Below, piece by piece: positions 24,252 through 37,449 of a DNA stretch of 64,000 nucleotides; position 1 is the first letter of the stretch; each line of letters starts with the position of its first letter. The stretch lies in the NCBI GenBank assembly GCA_010093815.1, contig ML996572.1. One strand, 5' to 3'. Below the pieces are notes generated by a model that ran no database searches, had not been told where the DNA came from, and was given only the letters and a program-made list of their open reading frames with translations. Both the position numbers and the translations under genes were made by a program. The DNA comes from Pseudovirgaria hyperparasitica. Its lineage: Eukaryota.

Positions 24252-24830
24252 GTTGACTGATGGCTAAATTTAAGGTTAGTTGAGGTCGAGTTGTCCTGTC
24301 CTGGATGTTGGTACCTGGTTGATAAGTAGTGAGGTCGAGTTAGTGATGTGCGTGTTGTGTCGCTCGTTCGCCACGGCAAAATGAGGTGTGGGCCGAAGAA
24401 CTACCGGTTTGAGACAGGTGCGAGGAAGTTACCGAAAAATCACCGAGTACGGATCTTATCTTTACTTTTAGCTCTGCTCTAGAACGCCCCCTTCACTGAG
24501 TTTGACTACGCTATAATTCGACGAGCGAAGTTCGAGGTCTTCAATTGTGTCAGAGTTTCATAACGAATGATTGAGCGTGAACACACAACACCAAATTCTT
24601 CGGATGAAACCTCAAGTAGACGTGGTGAACTAGTGGTGGTACCTTCCCATCGACAAGTTTCGGAACTTATCGGCGTGATTGGCCGGCTCTAAAATCTCGG
24701 ACCCTGCCAGTTGTTTTGCTGACCCTTGACCGAGCAACGACCTGAACCCCGTACACACTTGGTTCCACTAGCCACTGATTCCAACGACTTCTTCACATTC
24801 GAAGTCTTACGAACCTCATAACTTGCAAAT

Positions 24831-26945
24831 ATGTCCGCAGCTGGTGCAGGAACCTTCAGAGGTACCCCAAAGAACTCGAGAGCTCCAGCACCTTTTCCTA
24901 ACAGTCCCTCTGGCATTCCTCGACCGAGCCACGACCAGCACCCTTCGCAAAGCGATGCAGGATCCACATTGAGTGCCAGCAGAGCGAAGCAGTCAAAGCG
25001 AGATGAAGTGAGATGAGCTTCCTTCGGACTCCTGACGACCTGCCTGGCTAACTTCATCGCTAGGCAATCCGTCGAAAGATCGAAACGGATTTGAACAAGA
25101 AGAAGCAATCCCGCACAACAGTTCGTCCTAACCGAAAAGCCCCTCCCGGAACTGTCCTTGCTCTCAAGCCAAGCCCCGCTCTACAGATAAAACCTAATAC
25201 AACAGTTGCAGAAGCTGCACAGTTGATGGCAGCGAAGAGAGAAGATTGCGTACTTGTCACGGACGACGACGAGCGCATTGCGGGTATATTTACTGCTAAA
25301 GATCTTGCATTCCGTGTCGTAGGAGCTGGAATCAAGGCTCGAGATGTCACCATTGCAGACATTATGACCAAGAACCCCCTGTGTGCCAAGACTGACACCA
25401 GTGCCACTGATGCCCTTGATCTAATGGTCAGGAAGGGCTTTAGGCATTTGCCTGTCATGGATGAGAACCATGATATCGCAGGCGTACTCGATATTACCAA
25501 ATGTTTCTACGATGCAATGGAAAAACTAGAGCGCGCCTATAGCTCATCTCGGAAGCTATACGATGCTATGCAAGGCGTACAAGCTGAACTAGGCTCCACA
25601 CAGCCTCAGCAGATTATTCAATATGTGGAGGCACTACGATCGAAGATGTCTGGCCCAACTTTAGAGTCTGTTTTGACTGGCCTGCCACCAACGACTGTGT
25701 CTGTACGCACATCGGTCAAAGAGGCTGCAGCACTTATGAAAGAGAACCACACCACAGCAGTCTTGGTACAAGATGGAAGTTCTATCACTGGAATCTTCAC
25801 GAGTAAAGATGTCGTTCTGCGTGTTATTGCTGCTGGACTCGACCCAGCAAATTGCAGCGTCGTCCGTGTGATGACCCCACATCCCGACTTTGCACCAATG
25901 GATATGAGTATCCAGGCTGCTCTGCGGAAGATGCATGGTAAGATTAAAGCCTCCCACTATGATAGTCTGGAATACTGATCGTTTCTCAGATGGTCACTAC
26001 CTTAACTTGCCTGTGATGAGCGAGCATGGTGAGATTGTTGGAATGGTTGATGTGCTTAAGCTCACATACGCCACGCTTGATCAAATCAACTCAATGAGCA
26101 CTGGCGATAATGAAGGTCCCGCGTGGAACAAGTTCTGGCTCTCGCTCGACAATGAGACCGAGTCTGTCATGTCCGGCGACGGGAGTCGTCTTCCCCAAAC
26201 GCCCGACCATCGTTCGCTCATATCACCAGAGCACGGGAGACCAGGCGGTATGCTGGACCGCGGCGATAGTGTGATGCCAAACGAATCTGCATCGCATCAT
26301 GGTGCCGATTCTCCTCCACAATCCGCGATGGGTGGACCTTCAGCATCTATCGAAGATTCGCCATTTCCTTTCAAATTCAAGGCACCAAGCGGACGCGTAC
26401 ATCGTCTTCAAGTTGTAGCCTCTGCCGGTATCGAAGACTTATTCAATCGTGTAGCGGGCAAGCTCGGGGGAGAGGCCGACTCTATTGGGGGTGTTCCAAC
26501 ATTCGAAGATGGGAAGATGAACACTGCAGGTTTCGCGCTTAGCTATCTGGATAATGAGGGAGACCAGGTCTCGATTACGACGGATCAAGATCTTTTGGAA
26601 GCCATTACCATCTCACGCCATGCTCATCGCGACAAGGTCGACCTATTTGCCCACGATCCCAATCAGCCAGCATTACCTGCAACGCTTGACCCTCATCCAG
26701 GTCTGCCCAAACCACCCACTCCACCTGAGTCTGTCATGAGAGAACGCCGAAGAATTCTCGAGGGAGACGACGATGAAGAGGAAATTGAGAGGCATAGGCG
26801 CAAAACTGCTCAGCAATCGACACCCAAGGTTGAAGAGCAGCTGATTGCGGGCGTACCGAACGAGCTGTTGCTACCTGGTGCTATCGTTACGTTGGCCGTT
26901 GTCATTGTGGGAGTTTTCACATTGAGTCGCTCCACGAGCAGGTGA
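24831..26945 (+). CDS. CBS and PB1 domain protein with C-terminal transmembrane anchor (Mug70-like); introns 25008-25063, 25938-25989
   Basis: Four CBS repeats (GIFTAKDLAFRVV, GFRHLPV, GIFTSKDVVLRV, GHYLNLPV), PB1 domain (FKFKAPSGRVHR..LSYLDNEGDQVSITTDQDL) and a hydrophobic C-terminal helix. Confidence 0.92.
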
Positions 26946-27595
26946 TATCTGAACCTTGCGCTCAGTCGCCTTGGTCGACCAGTCATCCGCATTTACAATT
27001 TGTGCGTCTAATATCCCGTTTCATTTTGTAGCGTAGTATTTCACATAGTAACGCCCTAGTAGCGCATGTATGTAAATATATGTTTACTGTAGGAATTACT
27101 ATACTCTATAGTCCACATATATAGTCCACATATGTTTCAGGATTTAATATTTTACCAGAGGAGAACTCAGCCAAAATCGCGGAGGGCGGACTGTGTGAAC
27201 TATGACATTTCTCCGAAATAGAAGTAATTGTTATTCTTGAAGCAGAGCATGTTAGATCTTCACATTTATGTTGGACCCTGCGCTACGTTGTTATTATCGC
27301 GGAAGGGAAACAGGGCACGCCACTCATTGGCTACGGAGATGCCTCTTGGCGTTTAGGGCGGGCATGAAATTCGCGGGTCCCACAGACAACATTCGCACTC
27401 AACGTACAAAGGCGGGGACAGCACTTTTCAAATACCGAACGCGTTTCCAGAGATTCTTTCCTTAGTTAAACCATCCCACAGAACTGTTTATCGAATATTA
27501 CGACTTTATCGCCTGGGAGGGCTTTCAAAGTTCGTGCCCGCGTTACTATATACCCCACCATTACCACCGGTACACACAACAACTGTTTCGCCACG

Positions 27596-30500
27596 ATGTC
27601 GATACTCCCACCAGAAGTGCACACGGCACTGAGCCAGCTTCTCCATGGCCTCCAGGCATCTGATAATACTGTTCGCTCTCAGGCAGAGGAAGAGCTGAAG
27701 AACAACTGGGAACAGACCCAACCTGAAATTCTGCTTATGGGTTTATCGGAGCAGATACAGGCTGAACAGGATCCTTCAGTAAGAGCTTCTAGAGCGGTTC
27801 CCGACCATGCTAAAGAAAATGAGCATCGAATCTTTCGTAGCCTGGTGGTACTAATACAGGCTTCTCTCCTAGATCCGCACTTTTGCTGCTGTCCTATTCC
27901 GTCGCATATCAATACGATCGCGCAAAGACCCCAATACAAATGCAACAAAGGAGCTATTCTTGCTTCTCGGCGCAGAGCAGCGCCAGGCTATCCGTACAAA
28001 GGTCTTGGAGACTCTTGGGACCGAGACAGTTGCCAATGTGAGGAACAAGATTGGCGACGCCGTTGCTGAGCTGGCAAGACAGTTCACTGAAGAAGGTATG
28101 CTCAGTGACTCTCGAATTCTATCAGTAGACTGATCCACTTATTTTACAGGAGAACAGTGGCCTGAGCTCCTGGGATCACTGTTTACACTCAGTCAATCGG
28201 CTAATGCCCAGCAGCGAGAGGCTGCGTATAAAATATTCTCAGCCACACCTGGAATCATCGAAAAGCAACATGAGGATACTGTCCAGTCAGCGTTTACAAA
28301 AGGGTTCAAAGATGAGGATTTTGCGGTAAGAAAGTGCTCTCAAGGTCTTGAACTCAATGGTTAATTAATGCGAAGGTGCGCATCGCCGCCATGGACGCCT
28401 TCTCGAGCTTTTTTCGTTCGGTCCAAAAGAAGGTCCAAACCAAGTACTACATCCTTGTTCCGGATATTCTGAATATTCTGCCGCCGATCAAAGAGTCCGG
28501 AGACTCAGCGCAACTCACCTTAGCTCTAGTCGCACTGATTGAGCTGGCTGAAATCGCGCCAAAGATGTTCAAGCCTGCCTTCAACAATCTCGTAACATTC
28601 TCTGTGACCGTCATCCAAGACAAGGAACTGGACGATACGACCAGACAGAACGCATTGGAGCTTATGGCTACCTTCGCTGACATGGCACCTCAAATGTGCA
28701 AAAAAGATGAATCATACACATCTGAGATGGTGACACAGTGTCTTTCACTCATGACAGATGTGGGTGCAGACGATGACGACGCCTCAGAATGGAATGAGTC
28801 CGAAGATGTAAGTATTTCCAGTCAGCCAGTGGCGTAGCTAATCGATTGTTTCAGCTTGATAATGATGAAAGCGACATGAACCATGTCGCTGGAGAACAAT
28901 GTATGGATCGGTTGGCCAATAAGCTCGGAGGACAGGCTATCCTCCCCCCGACTTTCAATTGGCTTCCGCGCATGATGACTTCTTCTGCATGGAGAGATAG
29001 ACATGCCGCACTTATGGCGATTTCAGCGATTTCAGAGGGTTGCCGAGACCTCATGACGGGCGAGCTTGATAAAGTTCTCGACCTTGTACTTCCTGCTCTG
29101 AGAGATCCACATCCTCGAGTGAGATGGGCCGGATGTAATGCTGTCGGTCAGATGAGTACCGACTTTGCCGGGATCATGCAGGAGAAGTACCATCAAGTCG
29201 TTGTTCCCAACATCATACCCGTCCTGGAGTCACCCGAACCACGTGTGCAAGCTCATGCGGCTGCTGCGCTTGTCAACTTCTGCGAGGAGGCTGAAAAACA
29301 AATCCTGGAGCCATATCTTGATGGCCTATTAAACCATCTTCTGATTCTGCTCCAAAGCCCGAAAAGATTCGTCCAAGAACAAGCCTTATCGACCATTGCC
29401 ACAGTCGCTGATTCCGCTCAGACTGCTTTCGGCAAGTATTATGATACGCTCATGCCATTGCTGTTCAATGTGCTTAGAGAGGAACAGTCCAAGGAATTTC
29501 GCCTGCTACGCGCGAAGGCCATGGAATGCGCGACTCTAATTGCCTTGGCTGTGGGCAAGGACCGAATGAACCAAGATGCATTATCTCTTGTTCAGCTCCT
29601 TGGAGTTATCCAGCAAAATATTACAGAGCCTGACGACCCACAAGCGTCGTACCTGTTGCACTGCTGGGGTCGCATGTGCCGGGTATTAGATGCAGATTTC
29701 GTCCCATATCTCAGTGCAGTCATCCCGCCGTTGACTGATCTTGCCGGTGCCAAGGCCGATATACAACTGCTCGATGACGAGGAGCAAGTTGCGCAAATCG
29801 AAGGTGAAGAGGGTTGGGAGCTGGTTCCTTTGAAAGGCAAAGTCATCGGAATCAAGACTAGCACACTAGACGATAAACACATGGCGATCGAGCTGATTGT
29901 CATCTACGCTCAAGTTCTCGGTCCTGCCTTCGAGCCGTACGTTACCGATATCATGGAGAAGATTGCTCTGCCCGGATTAGCATTTTTCTTCCACGACCCA
30001 GTAAGGGTCGCATCTGCCAAGGCTGTTCCTCAACTACTTGCATCTTATAAGAAAGCTCACGGTGAACAGTCTCCTCAATTTGCAAAGCTTTGGGAAGGTA
30101 CCATCGAGAAGGTACTCGAAGTGCTCACGACAGAACCAGCCATTGACACTCTGGCTGAGATGTACCAATGTTTCTACGAGTCCCTCGAGGTTGTCGGCAA
30201 GGGCTGCCTCACTGATGCTCATATGGCCGCCTTCATCAAGGGTGCAGAGTCTGTCCTTAAAGACTATGATTCTCGTGTGAGCGAACGATCGCAAGAATTG
30301 GCAGAGCAAGAGGAGGGCGAAGAACTCCCCGAAGAGATGTTATATGCCATCGAGGACGACCAAACGCTCTTGTCAGATATGAACAAGGCTTTCCACACTG
30401 TCTTTAAGAACCATGGGGTCGCATTCCTGAAACATTGGGAGATTCTTCTGGGATATTATAACAAGGCTGTCGTCAATCCCGATGCTACCCAGCGTCAGTG

Positions 30501-31187
30501 GGCTCTTTGTATCTTCGACGACGTTCTCGAGTTCTGTGGGCCGCAAAGCTGGAATTACCAGGCCCATATCGTAGGCCCACTTGTGGCCGGCATGCGAGAT
30601 GATGTTCCAGCCAACAGACAAGCTGCAGTGTACGGTGTTGGCTGTGCTGCTCACAAGGGTGGTGAAGCTTGGGCAGAGTTTGCAAATGCAAGCCTAGCAC
30701 CATTGTTTGAATCGACGCAACGCGCAAATGCTCGAGACGACGATGATGTGTTCGCGACGGAGAATGCATGTGCAGCTATTGCGAAAATCTTGCACTACAA
30801 CCCAGGAAAGGTTACCAATTGGCAAGAGGTATCGCAAATGTGGATCGAAACTCTACCTGTCGTCAATGATGAAGAAGCAGCCCCGTATGCATATTCATTC
30901 CTCGCTCAACTCATCGATCAGTAAGTCCGGTTCTCAGACTGCAATATACGAACAATTACTAATAGTTTAACAGAGGTAATCCAGCCGTTATGGCTGGCAA
31001 CCGTCCCAGCCAATGTTTCACATACATTGCCCTTGCCCTAGAGGCGGAGACAGTCCAGGGTCAGATCGCCTCCCGAGTCGTTGCGGCGGCCAAGCATTTG
31101 ATTGCTACTGCTGGACTCGACGCCAACCAGCTACTGTCCAGTTTATCTCCAGAAACTCAACAGACCGTACGCGCATATTTCGGGTAG
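27596..31187 (+). CDS. KAP121: Importin beta-3 / karyopherin Kap121 (Pse1, Sal3, IPO5 family); introns 27779-27872, 28096-28149, 28326-28375, 28808-28854, 30921-30973
   Basis: HEAT repeats: WRDRHAALMAISAISEGC, DPHPRVRWAGCNAVGQMSTDF, RVQAHAAAALVNFCE, LRAKAMECATLIALAVG, ATENACAAIAKI. Confidence 0.93.
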
Positions 31188-32146
31188 CAAGGAGCTGGAT
31201 GAATCTTTAAGGGATTGGGTATGAGGTAATCAGTGAGGTGACATGAAAGATGAGGCATAGCTCGGCGCGACATTGATGGATATATCCCCTAATAGCTCAC
31301 GAGTTCCGCATATAATTTATGGTGTTTTCTATGTTCTGGTACTGCACTAGATAGACGACTAACAAAATTCACACTACGTATAACCTCATATACTTTCACT
31401 AAGCCGTAGACTATGCTGACCTTGCTCCACATTCGCTTTTCACTTCTACAGTCGCCCATCGTCAGTCGCTTTATGGTCTAGCCCTCGTCATGAATAGCCT
31501 CGTGGGTTGGTATTTTGGACGTTAATAAGAGAACAGCTTTGTGCTTCTCTAGAAGGTCATACAGATTTGCATTAAACTCACGCGTTCGTATCAGAGTACG
31601 TACAGACTGTTCTGTGGATTCGTGCGATCAAACACGTCCGTGTCAGCGGAGATATGGCTATTAGTGTTCGCGCAGTAGTCATCCTGTATCACAAGCTCGC
31701 CAGGCTCAAATGCGTCCGTCCATGCTATGCGCATGAGAAGGAGTCTTTTGCAGTCGCCCCTAGCTAGAGAATAGTACACATAGCTCTTTGAGTAACACAA
31801 CTGGTTTCACATAGTGTTGTTTGATCTGCATGAGTTCGTTTCAGCCTTTGGAAGTAATCTTCTGTACTCCTATGCTGAGCTCGCCAACAAGAGGGAATGT
31901 CTATTATGTTTTGAAGACAGTGTTAAAAGGCCTTGAGGACCACAAATTAAGTTCTCTTAAAAGCTTCTTCTCAGCCTATTTGAAGTACAGACGGAGAAGT
32001 TCTTGTTGTTAATGCCTCGTAGCTTTGGCCGTGTATTTATTACATTTGTATATTTACAAGAATGCTGCGATGCATAGGAAGGTCTATCAACTGGATAGAC
32101 TCGGATATACATCTCTTCCTCTCATATCTGAATGTGGTGATCTCCC

Positions 32147-32743
32147 TCAGAGGCCTTTTGATACCAAAAATTTCAACACCTGCGGCGCGACATCTTTACC
32201 TCCTGGACACTATAGGATGTGTTAGATCTGAGCCATATCTTTGCGCATGTACCCTTCGGAGTAAGAGAAGAGGTCAGGAGCACATACCGTAATATCAATA
32301 TGCCCTGTTAATCTATTGATATTGACATGGGTGTTTGGCAGTTCCAGATGATCCTTTATTTCCGTTGCCAGGACGTCCAAGTTGCCATGCAGCTTCCTGA
32401 TCTTCACAAGCTTCTTCATGCCATGTGCCTTGCTGTCGCGATATACCGGCAATTGGCCAGAGGGCGTGCGCTGGACAAAGTATGGCAGCTTTTCCGCAGC
32501 CGGTGCTCGCGAGCCACTGGCGTCTGTCTTGGTTATGTCTGAGGGAGTCTGTGTAGCGGCTGAGTGAGGCGAGGTAGCTGGGACAGCGACTGGTTCGATA
32601 TTTGATATCCGTGATGAGGGTGCGGAAGTCTCCAGACGTCGTATTTGAGGGCTGTTGATGCGCATGAAGGAGCGGATCGTGGCAGGTTGTGGCGGAGCGA
32701 GAGGGCGGAGAAAGGAGAGTGATAGTTGTGATCGGAGAGCCAT
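32147..32743 (-). CDS. IMG2: Mitochondrial large-subunit ribosomal protein L49/Img2; intron 32287-32210
   Basis: Presequence-like N-terminus; LPYFVQRTPSGQLPVY..KIRKLHGNLDVL..INRLTGHIDI; second exon ends VLKFLVSKGL*. Confidence 0.88.
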
Positions 32744-33011
32744 GTTGGAGCGCCGAACTCTGGTCGATCAATGTTTGATACGGAGACGTTGACGCTGAAG
32801 GTTGAGCTTCCAACGCGGAGTTCGCAAAGCACTCTGTAAATGCTTGGCGCGTCAGGTCGAACTCTCACTAGCGCAAACTGCTCGTTTAGCATTTCGATCC
32901 CCCACTAATCGCGCCCGCATCTTTTACGCTCAACGTCGACAGGACCTGCACATCGTGATATCTACCTCTCTGCGTCTCGAATAACGACTGTTGGACTGAT
33001 ATCCTGCAATC

Positions 33012-34444
33012 ATGGCGGACGATCTAGCAGCAGAGTATGATCTGCTCCCAAAGATGATTCCAAACCTCGACCGACACCTCATCTACCCGCTCCTCCAATT
33101 TATAGCCGGCCCTGAGGATGAGCAAACAACAGAAATGAAGCAGATGCGCTTCAACCTCCTGAAGGCGACGAATATGATCGACTATGTGGGACAACTCGAT
33201 GCCGAGGTCAACAACCTACCGCAAGTGCCTGCAGAGTACACAAAGAAAAGGGAGCAAATATTGAAGAAGCGGGATGAATTAGAGGCTGCGACGGAAAGGA
33301 TCAGCGAACTTTTGAATGACGAGGCGGTGGTAAACAATCTTAGGAGTGATAAGGTGGCCAACATGAGCTACCTGAAGGAGAATCACCAGGTCACGGAAGA
33401 GATGGTTAACAGTCTGTACGAATACGGCAACTTCCAGTACACGTGCGGAAGTTATGGTGATGCATCCGAGCTGCTGTACCGCTTTCGCGTTCTGGTGAGA
33501 GCATAGGCACACGAGCATCACAGTCCAAGCTAACATTCGCAGTCCACCGACAACGACAAAGTAGGCGAGGCAACTTGGGGCAAGCTAGCGTCTGAGATTC
33601 TCTCCGTACAATGGGAACCCGCCATGGAAGAGATCCAGAAAGTCAAAGAGAACATCGACACGCGCCTCTTCAACGCACCACTAGACCAACTCAAGCACCG
33701 CACATGGCTGATCCACTGGTCACTCTTCCCCTTCTTCAACTACGAGCCCGCGCGCGACGTGCTCACCGACCTCTTCTTCTCACAACCCTTCATCAACACC
33801 ATCCAGACCTCCTGCCCGTGGATCCTACGCTATCTCGCCGCAGCCGTCATCACGAACCGCCAGCGCAGCCGCAACTCGAACCAGTACCAGAAGCAACTCA
33901 AGGACCTGGTGCGCATCGTCAAGCAGGAAGGCTACGAGTACGCCGACCCGCTCACCGACTTCGTCCGCGCCCTCTACATCGATTTCGACTTTGAAGAGGC
34001 GCAGAAGAAGCTCGGCGAGGCCGAGGAGGTGCTGAAGAACGACTTCTTCCTCGTCGCAACGGCCGAGTCGTTCGTCGACAGCGCCCGCCACCTGATCTCC
34101 GAGTCATACTGCAAGATCCACCAACGCATTGATATCAAGTACGTAAAATTCCCCCTTACCCCCTTTCCACAACACCTTCCTCCCACTTCGTCCTCCACGG
34201 CATAGGCTAGGCTAATAAGCAACCCTCCAGGGACCTCTCCACCCGCCTCGGCCTCTCCCAAGACGAAGGCGAGAAATGGATCGTCAACCTGATCCGCGAC
34301 ACACGCGTCGACGCCAAGATCGACTACCAGCAAGGCACCGTCGTCATGAACCACCCGCCGCAGTCCGTCTACCAGCAGGTCATTGAGCGCACAAAGGGCG
34401 GCTTCTTCCGCACACAGGTGCTGAGCGCCGCCGTGGCCAAGTGA
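33012..34444 (+). CDS. INT6: Translation initiation factor 3 subunit E (Int6); introns 33495-33542, 34139-34230
   Basis: [50 protein letters not shown], and PCI domain [21 protein letters not shown]. Confidence 0.96.
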
Positions 34445-36399
34445 GCATGCGCGCGCGCGCGTGTTGTCTGTCTTATGTGCGAGGGGTCTGGGTTCCTATT
34501 TTGTTTTTCTTCTTCTTCCTCTTTCTTCGTTGCTCTTGCTGTCTCAGTCTTTTCGGCCAGGAGGACATAGAGCGAGAGATGAGGAGAGAAGGGCTGCCGC
34601 TTGTGGGGAAGGAAGGGGGAAAGTGATAAGAGAAAGCGTGCAAGCGAGCTAGCTCGAGTCGGGCACTGGCAAACGGTCATATTTACATCTACACGGAAAG
34701 CAGTATACGTGTCTGTCCACGTGCAGTGGACCGATCACGTAGGAACGAGATAGGGAACCCGAAAGATCAGCGACGCAGAGACGACGAAAAAAAAAAAACA
34801 GAAGACATACCATTGCTCTTAATTCAAGGGCGCTGCCATATGCGGCGGGGGAGGGTTAGGGCTAGGGCTACCACATAATCACCATATATTGATCTTGTAG
34901 CCTGAACAATATATATAGCAAGGCACAGCATAGTTCAATGAAAGTCACGAACTTGGCAATTCTTTCGTAGCCCCCAACCGTCACTGCTTGAAAGGACCGT
35001 ATATTTGTTTTACCGTAGAAAGGAGGACGAACTTGTGCAAAGTTTACGACCGCACGGATGTAAGTAATTGTCATTGTTAGAGCAGTGGCCGCTGCGCATC
35101 TAATATCAGTATCTCAATGCCAGATTGTCACGAGTAATAATGACAGTAGTTTACCTATTGGAACTGCTCTCATTCAGTCCATACACCATTGTAATACTCA
35201 CTCAAACCGATTTAGACCGGACACACTCCGACCAGACGAGCTCTAGGCGATTCCAGCGCGCAAGATCGTACCAAGACATATAAAGTCATCTCGACAACAA
35301 GACTGTACCTGAGTTCCAAACGAAAGAATGAACGTTGTCTAAGATTCGTTAATCTGGACCCATGTTCCGGTAGGTTGAGGTGGATCAGCGAGTGCAAGGC
35401 TGACATGCATATACACAAAGGATGGATTAGATTCATCACAGATGACGACGGATTGAACCCACAGCATGAGGGGAACTCATGCATCACCTTGTGCCAACAG
35501 GTGAGTTTCTGATTGACAGCATACTTATGCGTGCCATTAGTGGAGCGGCATTCAAATACTTTACCAAGTAAAGGAATTAAGTATTGGGTGCTGTGTTTTT
35601 AGCACGACACAACGGCGCCTACGTGTGTCCACTTAGGCACAGTATCACATCGAAACGCGATGCCAAGGCTTACGGTCTGGAGACGCACCCGCCGAACGAT
35701 GGTTAAGACCGGCGGGACGGAGCGTTGCAGTGTGCCGGTGTGATGTGCGCCGGCTGGCACGGAATCGCGCTGTGGTTGATCTTTGGGACCTTGTGGAATA
35801 GCAGATGACATAGTATGGACTCGGATGGAACAGATCTAGATGTGGTTATCAAGGGACTTTGAATGATGGTGGCTGGGAAGAAGAGTTTAGCTAGGTCAGA
35901 ATCATGTTCATAACTCCCTGCTTGTGATGCTGAAGTGTGCATGATGCAGGAGCCTAGACGCTCTTGAATTGTCAGCATTTGACGGCCAGACATGGAGGCG
36001 GCGTGAACTTGGGAGCGAATGGGATGTGTCTGGTATCGTAAAAACCCGTGTAAGACTGACAAACTGCACACCGTTAACGAGGTTCTGATATACAATACAA
36101 GGCGGTTGGTAGTTCGACCCACATGAGGAATCATTCTGAATGGCAGCGAATAGGAGTACGGTCGAATCCCTTCAGGTGCCGTACTGAGAGGCCGCTATTG
36201 TGGTCTTCGAGAGGGTCGAGATGTTGTGGTCGAAGAGGAAAGTCTTCTTGGTAAAGGTTTCAATTCGTCGTGACAAGAATACGCGCGTTGAGCGCAGGCG
36301 TGTATGGCACAGAGGATGAACCGGTGGTAGAGCTGTAAGCTGGTGTTAGCATAAGGGTACCAAAGTGAGCGTCGGAGGGGGTTTAACGGAGTATTCCCG

Positions 36400-37449
36400 T
36401 AGTGTACCTGAAATCTCATCAAGGGTCCTGAGAGACATGAGCGAAAGCCAGACGAGGTACCGTGTCTAGGAAGAGTGAAGATGGGTGATCGATCGATCGG
36501 TTGCAGTCGGAGTGCCACGCCACGGTACCGTACGAGATGAAGATCAAGGGTCTCAAATATATGGATATCAGACCCTGAAAGCATCGTATCAAAGGAGTGA
36601 CAGATGAGCAATCGATCGATCGAGTGCAGGGCGGAGTGCTATTATAGCGGGAGTGAGGCAAACTCGGTGATCTTAAGTGAGTTTGAGCGTACAACAGTAA
36701 AAGGGCTGAAGGAAAAGTGCGATCGGTCGATCTATTGCAGGCGGAGCGGAGAGGAAGAGACAGAATTTAAGAAGAGTGCAGCGTGAGTCCGGTGGACCGT
36801 GGACGTGTTGGCAGAAGCAGAGACCCCATATCGTCGGTGGAGCTGCAGGTACGCTGGAGCTCTTGCATATTATATTCGCCGACGTCAAAACAATGAGCTG
36901 GGACCCTGGAATGGAGTCCGCGAGCTACACTTTTTCTTCTAGAGTCACCATGCAAGGATGTGACAGGGCTAAGCGCGTAAAGCGATGTGAAAAAGAAAAA
37001 TGCCAATCTGAAGAGAAGCTTTGGAGGCACGGTTGTTCAAGTGTCTGCATTTGGCTTCCCAAGCGGCTGCTAGAAGGACATATTCATCTCAGAGGCAGCG
37101 TCTCAGGTTGTTTGTTTACAACTGGTAGCGCAGCGGGCTCCTGCAGGATGTGCTGCAGTGTCTCGTACAGCTGCATCCACCACACCCACAGAGTGGAAGT
37201 ATACACATGATGGAATTTACTGGAAATGGTACCTAGGCGATTCAGCAGTATTGGATGTTTACTGCCGATCGTTCTGTTGGAGTTTTGAGGGGGGGGCATC
37301 TGCTCAGAAGCATCACGATACAAGTGGTCAGAGATTGTGTTGAAGGCGCAGCTCGTCGGGGCTATAATCGCACATTCCTTCCAGTTTGGTCCCCAACGCA
37401 CATTCGCAGAGGATTCAGAAGAATTGATTATATGAACAAATACGAATAG
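36400..37449 (+). pseudogene. Possible decayed, frameshifted gene of unknown function (start approximate)
   Basis: Protein-like segments in changing frames (GPWNGVRELHF, PTEWKYTHDGIYWKWYLGDSAVLDV, FTADRSVGVLRGGHLLRS..FLPVWSPTHIRRGFRRIDYMNKYE*) and three degenerate ~30-bp repeats. No family recognised. Confidence 0.35.

Noticed and set aside
28326..28375. AAG acceptor in importin intron 3 as a possible gene defect
   Set aside because: AAG is a rare but valid acceptor and the spliced frame is preserved.
31200..32140. Short ORFs between importin and IMG2
   Set aside because: No motifs or consistent exon structure; likely 3' UTR and intergenic sequence.
36100..36185. tRNA-like words (GTTCGACCC, GGTCGAATCCC)
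   Set aside because: No cloverleaf with correct arm spacing could be built.
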